Shown in pieces: positions 58,406-64,000 of a stretch of 64,000 bases of DNA. How positions within the stretch are numbered: position 1 is the first letter of the stretch; the number at the start of each line of letters is the position of its first letter. The translations under genes and the position numbers were made by a program. The stretch spans positions 50,463-114,462 of the forward strand of contig CBDFKV010000005.1 of assembly GCA_965249035.1 (NCBI GenBank), given 5' to 3'. Below the pieces are notes generated by a model. The model made no database searches. It was not told where the DNA came from and was given only the letters and a program-made list of their open reading frames with translations. The DNA is from Candidatus Poriferihabitaceae bacterium. Its GTDB lineage: Bacteria; Pseudomonadota; Gammaproteobacteria; Arenicellales; Poriferihabitantaceae.

Positions 58406-61132
58406 ATGCACAGTACCCTTAGTAGTGCCAGCGGCGTTTTAATTGGTGGATTGCTGCCCAGTGGGCACATCGATATTCAGGTTGCGGCAGCGAACGATAG
58501 CCCGCCATTGCCGCCTGTGGTAATACGAAGCATTCTCGGCGCATTTGAGACAGGCCGCGGGCATGGTGTGTTGCACCTGGGCACAAAGGAGCTGGCCGCT
58601 AACCTTCATCCTTCACTAGCGTACTGGCGCGATATTGGCCAAGCGCTCGTGGTTAGGGTTTGCGGGGCGATCGATCCCACTGACCCAGCATCATTAATCG
58701 TTCCCGACCCCACTATCGATGAAATCACCGCTATGGTTCAGTCCGCGCCGCCCATGCTGGGGGCTGAGTTCATTACTCCCGAGTTGATTCGTGAAATATG
58801 GTTTGAAATCGGTGAGGCGTTGGCAGTTACGGCAAAGCGCTTTAAAGCAGGGGTCCAAGGGTATCTGACCAAGCAAAGCTCCGTCTGGAATGTGGTCGGT
58901 CGGGTTTGTTTTCATCTTGCTGAGAACAAACATGATTTGGATTTCCCATTCGCCTTCATCGCCACCTACGCGCACAAGGTTTCCCGGCAGGCTAAACCCC
59001 AGCATCGGCCACTTGGCCAAGCCCTGAAAGAATATGCCGGAGCTAAAAACCGGCAAAGGTTGCTCACTCTGCTTGCACCCTTGTCCCGGGCGTCTGAACA
59101 CAGCGCGTTTATCCGCGAACTGGCCGATAGCGGTGATATCTATCATCCACTGGCCTGGAGACCCAAGGAGGCTTATCGTTTCCTTTGCGAGAGTTCACAA
59201 TACGAACAAGCCGGCGTGGTCGTACGCATTCCAAACTGGTGGGATGCCGGCAACCGGCCCCGTCCCAAGGTCTCGGTAACGGTGGGCCACAAAGCGCCGT
59301 CTGTTCTGGGCATGGAGGCGTTGTTGGACTTTGACGTGCAACTCACACTCGACGGTAAAACTCTTTCCGGGCAGGAGATGAAAGCTCTGCTCGACGCCAA
59401 CGACGGTCTGGCGCTGATCAAGGGTAAGTGGGTCGAAGTTGATCATGCCAAGCTCGGCAACGTTCTAGACCAGTGGCGAGGTCTTCAGGAACAGGCGCTT
59501 GCCCAAGGCATGGGCTTTGGTGACGCCATGCGGTTGCTGGCTGGAGCGCAACTCAGTAATGACGGTGGAGCCGAAGCCGAGGATGCCCAGCAAGACTGGT
59601 CCGAGGTCATTGCTGGCAAATGGTTATCAACCAAGCTGGAGGCGCTCCACTCGCCCACGTTACAAAAACGGATTGGAGCGAATGCAGGTCTCAAGGCTGA
59701 ACTGCGCCCCTACCAAAAACTAGGGGTACAATGGCTCATGACTTTACGCAGTCTGACCCTCGGTGGTTGTCTCGCCGATGATATGGGCCTGGGTAAAACC
59801 ATCCAGGTGCTGGGCTTGCTATCCCTGTGCCATCGGGCCAGAGAAAAAGGCACCGACCTGCTGGTCGTACCAGCGTCGTTGGTAGACAACTGGCGTTTGG
59901 AAATTGAGCGCTTCGCCCCGCAACTGAAAATCCTGATTGCCCACCCGTCACGCATCCCCACCGCCGAGCTTCAACATTTGGCCCAGAGAAAAGTGGATGC
60001 CTGCAATACGGTGATCACCACCTACGGTACCTTGATGCGGGTCCAATGGATGCAGCAATATGCATGGCGTCATGTCATCCTCGACGAAGCCCAGGCGATC
60101 AAAAACCCTGCTGCCAAGCAAACCAAAGCGGTAAAAATGCTACGCTCGACATGGCGTCTTGCCTTGACGGGTACGCCGGTGGAAAACCGGCTCGGCGATC
60201 TGTGGTCGATTTTCGATTTTCTCAATCCCGGTCTGCTGGGGTCAGCCAAGGCATTCAATAGCCTATGTAAAACCATGGCCGCTGGAGACCGGGGTGGTTA
60301 TGCCCCACTCCGCCGGTTATTACAGCCCTATATCTTGCGCCGGCTTAAAACCGATAAGAAGATCATCGACGACCTGCCCGATAAGACTGAAATTAACGCC
60401 TATTGCCCGTTGAGCAAACACCAGGCTGCTTTGTATCAGCAATCGGTCGAAGAAATGAAATACGCCATCGAGAACCTTGATGGCATTAAGCGACGCGGCA
60501 TGATTCTGGCCTTTTTGCTGCGTTTCAAGCAAATCTGTAACCACCCGTCTCAATGGCTGGGGGACGGTCGTTATGAACCCGAGGATAGTGGCAAATTTTT
60601 ACGGCTTCAAGAACTCTGTGAACCGATCGCCGCCCGCCAGAATAAAATACTGGTTTTTACCCAATACCGCGAAATGATGGCCCCGTTGACCCATTCCCTC
60701 ACTGCGGCTTTCGGCCACGATGGTCTTGCACTGCATGGTGGTACCCCGGTTATAAAACGCCACGATCTGGTGCGGCGCTTTCAGGAAGACGAACGGATTC
60801 CGTTTATGGTGCTCTCCCTCAAGGCTGGCGGCACCGGACTAAATCTGACCGCCGCCTCGCATGTCATTCATTTCGATCGCTGGTGGAACCCCGCCGTGGA
60901 AAACCAGGCCACTGACCGCGCTTTTCGTATAGGCCAAAAGAAAAACGTGCTGGTGCATAAGTTCGTTTGCCGAGGCACCATAGAAGAGCGTATCGATCAA
61001 ATGATTACCGACAAGCAACAGCTTTCGGATGAGATACTGACCGGCGGGGCAGAGTCGGTCTTGACCGAGATGGGGAACGAGGAATTAATCGCGATGGTCT
61101 CGCTTGATCTGCATAGCGTTGGCGTAGAGTAA
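58406..61132 (+). CDS. SNF2-family helicase/ATPase
   Basis: LRPYQ, LADDMGLGKT, LDEAQAIKN, LTGTPVEN, LKAGGTGLNL, WWNPAVENQATDRAFRIGQ. Confidence 0.95.
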   Translation: MHSTLSSASGVLIGGLLPSGHIDIQVAAANDSPPLPPVVIRSILGAFETGRGHGVLHLGTKELAANLHPSLAYWRDIGQALVVRVCGAIDPTDPASLIVPDPTIDEITAMVQSAPPMLGAEFITPELIREIWFEIGEALAVTAKRFKAGVQGYLTKQSSVWNVVGRVCFHLAENKHDLDFPFAFIATYAHKVSRQAKPQHRPLGQALKEYAGAKNRQRLLTLLAPLSRASEHSAFIRELADSGDIYHPLAWRPKEAYRFLCESSQYEQAGVVVRIPNWWDAGNRPRPKVSVTVGHKAPSVLGMEALLDFDVQLTLDGKTLSGQEMKALLDANDGLALIKGKWVEVDHAKLGNVLDQWRGLQEQALAQGMGFGDAMRLLAGAQLSNDGGAEAEDAQQDWSEVIAGKWLSTKLEALHSPTLQKRIGANAGLKAELRPYQKLGVQWLMTLRSLTLGGCLADDMGLGKTIQVLGLLSLCHRAREKGTDLLVVPASLVDNWRLEIERFAPQLKILIAHPSRIPTAELQHLAQRKVDACNTVITTYGTLMRVQWMQQYAWRHVILDEAQAIKNPAAKQTKAVKMLRSTWRLALTGTPVENRLGDLWSIFDFLNPGLLGSAKAFNSLCKTMAAGDRGGYAPLRRLLQPYILRRLKTDKKIIDDLPDKTEINAYCPLSKHQAALYQQSVEEMKYAIENLDGIKRRGMILAFLLRFKQICNHPSQWLGDGRYEPEDSGKFLRLQELCEPIAARQNKILVFTQYREMMAPLTHSLTAAFGHDGLALHGGTPVIKRHDLVRRFQEDERIPFMVLSLKAGGTGLNLTAASHVIHFDRWWNPAVENQATDRAFRIGQKKNVLVHKFVCRGTIEERIDQMITDKQQLSDEILTGGAESVLTEMGNEELIAMVSLDLHSVGVE

Positions 61133-61181
61133 AATATCATCATGGGATCCTATTCTTTTCAACCAATAACCGGATAAAATT

Positions 61182-62147
61182 ATGTCTTGGTATTCGAACG
61201 ACTGGCCCCCTTATGTTCCGGTAGCCGAGCGCCGTCGCCAAGCGGCAAAGCAAGTCGCCAAGATGAAAAGGGCCGGAGAAAAAATTACACCGGTTGAGAT
61301 TGCTGGCCGCAAGATCACCACCACCTTTTGGGGTAATGCCTGGTGCAAAAACTTGGAGGCTTATAGCGACTACGCCAATCGTTTACCCCGCGGCAGAACC
61401 TACGTACGCAACGGTTCGGTGATTGACCTGCAGATCGAGAACGGCCAGGTTCACGCCCAGGTCAGCGGTTCAGAGATCTATCGAGTCGAGGTTGAAATCA
61501 AATCCCTAGCCGAACGGCGATGGACCGATATCAAGCATCAGTGCGGAGGTCAAATCGGATCTTTGGTAGAACTCCTGCAGGGCAGGCTTTCCAAGGGCGT
61601 CATGGAGATCGTCACCCGCAAAGGTGAGGGACTATTCCCATCACCACAGGACATTTCGCTGTATTGCTCTTGCCCTGACTGGGCGACGATGTGCAAGCAT
61701 GTGGCGGCCACACTTTACGGTGTAGGTGCACGAATCGACCATGAACCGGAACTGCTGTTCATATTACGCGGCGTCAATTCTGCCGAAATGGTTGATGCCG
61801 TGATTGATGGTTCATCAGTCGTACGCAAAACAAAAAAAAGACGCAGCCTCAGCACCGACGAGTTGTCATCCGTCTTCGGTGTTGATATTGATATGGATGA
61901 AACAGCCATGAAAAGCACCCCAACATCAGTGAAAAAAAAGCGCCCGGCACAGATCCAGAAAAAACCCATCGCCAAAACTAGCAAGATATCCAAGGTAAAA
62001 TCCGCACCAAAGAAAAAAACCGTGAAGAAAGCTACCTCAGTAAAATCGGTCGCAAAAAAGAAAGCTGTAGCTAAGCGAACTTCGCGAAAACAAATGCCCG
62101 CACCAACAAAAAAACGAACAAAAAACGAACAAAAAACCTTAACTTAA
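61182..62147 (+). CDS. SWIM zinc-finger protein with Lys-rich C-terminal tail
   Basis: NRLPRGRTYVRNGSV, CSCPDWATMCKHVAA. Confidence 0.9.
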   Translation: MSWYSNDWPPYVPVAERRRQAAKQVAKMKRAGEKITPVEIAGRKITTTFWGNAWCKNLEAYSDYANRLPRGRTYVRNGSVIDLQIENGQVHAQVSGSEIYRVEVEIKSLAERRWTDIKHQCGGQIGSLVELLQGRLSKGVMEIVTRKGEGLFPSPQDISLYCSCPDWATMCKHVAATLYGVGARIDHEPELLFILRGVNSAEMVDAVIDGSSVVRKTKKRRSLSTDELSSVFGVDIDMDETAMKSTPTSVKKKRPAQIQKKPIAKTSKISKVKSAPKKKTVKKATSVKSVAKKKAVAKRTSRKQMPAPTKKRTKNEQKTLT

Positions 62148-62344
62148 GCTCCCTAATCCTTAAACTGATTCACTATCTGAATCTCTGGCAAAAGGGGACG
62201 CTATTTCAAGGTCTCCGACCCTAATGGCATGATCGCTCTGCGAGTGGATGTGAATCGGCTCCGATCGGCTGTTGAGGGCAAGAAAGCGCCAAAACAAGGT
62301 CTCAGGAGCATACTAGATACCCATAATCGAAATGAGGTATCACA

Positions 62345-62971
62345 ATGGGAAACTCGAACGCACAATCACGTAATGTAGTTCCATGGAACAAGGGTAAACT
62401 AGTAGGCCAACGTCCTGCTCTCAAGCTTAAGGAAGTCTGGGCGATACGTATACGACTAGAATTATCCGAAAACCTTCAGGAGCTTGCACTTTTCAACCTA
62501 GCAATCGATAGCAAACTAAGAAGCTGTGATTTGGTGAAATTGAAGATTAGCGATATTTCAAATTTGGGCTCTATTTCCAGCAGAGCCATGGTGTTGCAGC
62601 AAAAAACAAAGATACCAGTTCAGTTTGAAATTACACCAGGAACCCGAGACTCTCTCCGAGCCCACATTGATTCGAATAATCTCAATCAATCAGACTATTT
62701 GTTTAAAAGCAGACTATCCGTATCAGATCATATCTCGACTAGGCAATATGCTCGAATTTTAAAGCGTTGGGTTGCAGCTATTGGTCTTGATCCTGCGATA
62801 TACGCAACCCATTCCATGAGGCGCACAAAACCAACATTAATCTATAAACGCACCAAGAATCTCAGGGCAGTTCAGCTGTTGCTCGGACATACCAAATTGG
62901 AAAGTACAGTTAAATATCTAGGTATTGAGGTGGAGGACGCTCTTGAAATTGCAGAGCAAACCGAAATATAG
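62345..62971 (+). CDS. Small tyrosine recombinase (catalytic domain only)
   Basis: PWNKGKLVG, DSKLRSCDL, HSMRRTK, LLGHTKLESTVKY. Confidence 0.92.
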   Translation: MGNSNAQSRNVVPWNKGKLVGQRPALKLKEVWAIRIRLELSENLQELALFNLAIDSKLRSCDLVKLKISDISNLGSISSRAMVLQQKTKIPVQFEITPGTRDSLRAHIDSNNLNQSDYLFKSRLSVSDHISTRQYARILKRWVAAIGLDPAIYATHSMRRTKPTLIYKRTKNLRAVQLLLGHTKLESTVKYLGIEVEDALEIAEQTEI

Positions 62972-62978
62972 GATAATT

Positions 62979-63013
62979 ATCGGCAGCTAGGCTTTACATT
63001 CTTGGCTGTCGGT
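62979..63013 (+). terminator. Hairpin after the tyrosine recombinase gene
   Basis: ATCGGCAGCTAGG...CTTGGCTGTCGGT with G-U pairs; no clear U-tract. Confidence 0.4.
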
Positions 63014-63204
63014 AAGATACTCGAAGCGGCCGTTCAGATTTTGAGCTGAATATAAGGGAAAGAGCACTTATCGGGGTGTCTGGTGCTCGTCAATTAAACG
63101 GCTAGTTGTAATCAAAACTATTTGAACGCTGTCTATTGCCATAAGTAGTATTATGTTTATTGCCACATCATTTCTGACGTTCGTTATTATGGGGGAAGTT
63201 CGAA

Positions 63205-64000
63205 ATTAAACCACTTGGCCTGACACTGATTTTTATCGCTGTAGCTGTGCCACTTTATTGGTTCATTCCGCAAGCAGGGCAGTATGATAGCCTTGCAACC
63301 TTCAGCCAGTACCTCGGATCAGTCTCACTAATTTTAATGGGTATAGTGCAGTTTTTGGCGACTCGTGCCCGAGGTATTGAGGCCGTTTTTGGAGGAATGG
63401 ATCGCATCTATGTCTTGCACAAGTGGCTTGCGATAACAGCAATTATCTTCGCCGCCATCCATGACACAGTTGATGCAGATATGGAAGAGCTTGGTGCTGA
63501 AACATTCCTTACAGACTTTGCTGAAACCTTGGGAGAGCTTGGTTTTTACGGCCTTCTAGTCCTCGGTGTCATCACGATTATCACCTTTGTGCCTTATCAT
63601 TATTGGAAATGGTCGCACCGTTTTATGGGCTTATGTTTTGCCTCAGCTGCAGTGCACTTTGCTTTTATTCTTAAGCCTTTCAGCAATGCTGATCCATTAG
63701 GTTTATACGTTTTGGCTTTCTGCGCACTAGGTGTTTTAAGCTATTGTTACCTGCTCTTACCAAAACAATGGACCAGTCAAACCATTGATTATAATGTCAC
63801 TAACATTGTACGTTCAGGTGATACTACCGAAATCCAATTAAGCCCAAAAGGTCGTGGCATTAAGCATAAAGCCGGGCAATTTGCTTTTGTTACTTTTGAT
63901 ACCAAAGAGAAAAAAGGGCCTCATCCATTCACGATAAGTTCCGCCCCTAATCAACAAGGCGATATTCGTTTTACTATTAAGAATTTGGGTGACTACACTG
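63205..64000 (+). CDS. Ferric-reductase-like transmembrane/FAD-binding oxidoreductase (3' end outside window; not in the ORF track)
   Basis: Hand translation: FGGMDRIYVLHKWL, WKWSHRFMG, AGQFAFV, HPFTISS, IKNLGDYT. Confidence 0.88.
   Translation, partial: MKPLGLTLIFIAVAVPLYWFIPQAGQYDSLATFSQYLGSVSLILMGIVQFLATRARGIEAVFGGMDRIYVLHKWLAITAIIFAAIHDTVDADMEELGAETFLTDFAETLGELGFYGLLVLGVITIITFVPYHYWKWSHRFMGLCFASAAVHFAFILKPFSNADPLGLYVLAFCALGVLSYCYLLLPKQWTSQTIDYNVTNIVRSGDTTEIQLSPKGRGIKHKAGQFAFVTFDTKEKKGPHPFTISSAPNQQGDIRFTIKNLGDYT

Noticed and set aside
62345-62971. Small tyrosine recombinase as the ICE integrase or an integron integrase
   Set aside because: Only 208 aa, lacking the N-terminal binding domains and the IntI insertion; no adjacent tRNA or att site seen.
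56180-63040. Short intergenic motifs (AATGTCCG, AATGACCGC, GCAGACATT, GCGGCCGTTC) as a recombinase-site family
   Set aside because: Too short and degenerate to distinguish from chance by eye.

Overview
The left 28 kb is the backbone of a genomic-island-type (PFGI-1/ICEclc/pKLC102-like) integrative conjugative element, probably from a gammaproteobacterium. It runs from the 3' part of topB through a putative leading region of small genes (including a DUF3577 gene) and an 820-bp hairpin-dense intergenic region to a co-oriented GI-type T4SS operon (pilL to traD, traC, traU and traG_N). The leading region holds three unannotated non-coding systems: six copies of a four-segment switchable 5' leader, each in front of a different small gene; two copies of a 104-nt element whose only differences are one compensatory base pair; and four 17-bp palindromes. 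The cargo that follows is (i) a 1866-aa DUF4347/repeat protein with TolC, two membrane-fusion proteins and an M50 site-2-protease fusion but no ABC ATPase; (ii) two divergent restriction-modification loci separated by a serine recombinase inside 39-bp inverted repeats; (iii) three CMD/AhpD genes, a URO-D-like gene and arsP-arsR; (iv) an SNF2/SWIM pair, a small tyrosine recombinase and a partial ferric-reductase-like gene. No relaxase, full-length ICE integrase, tRNA, rRNA or CRISPR array was recognised. All family calls come from motifs and gene order read by eye; no database search was run.
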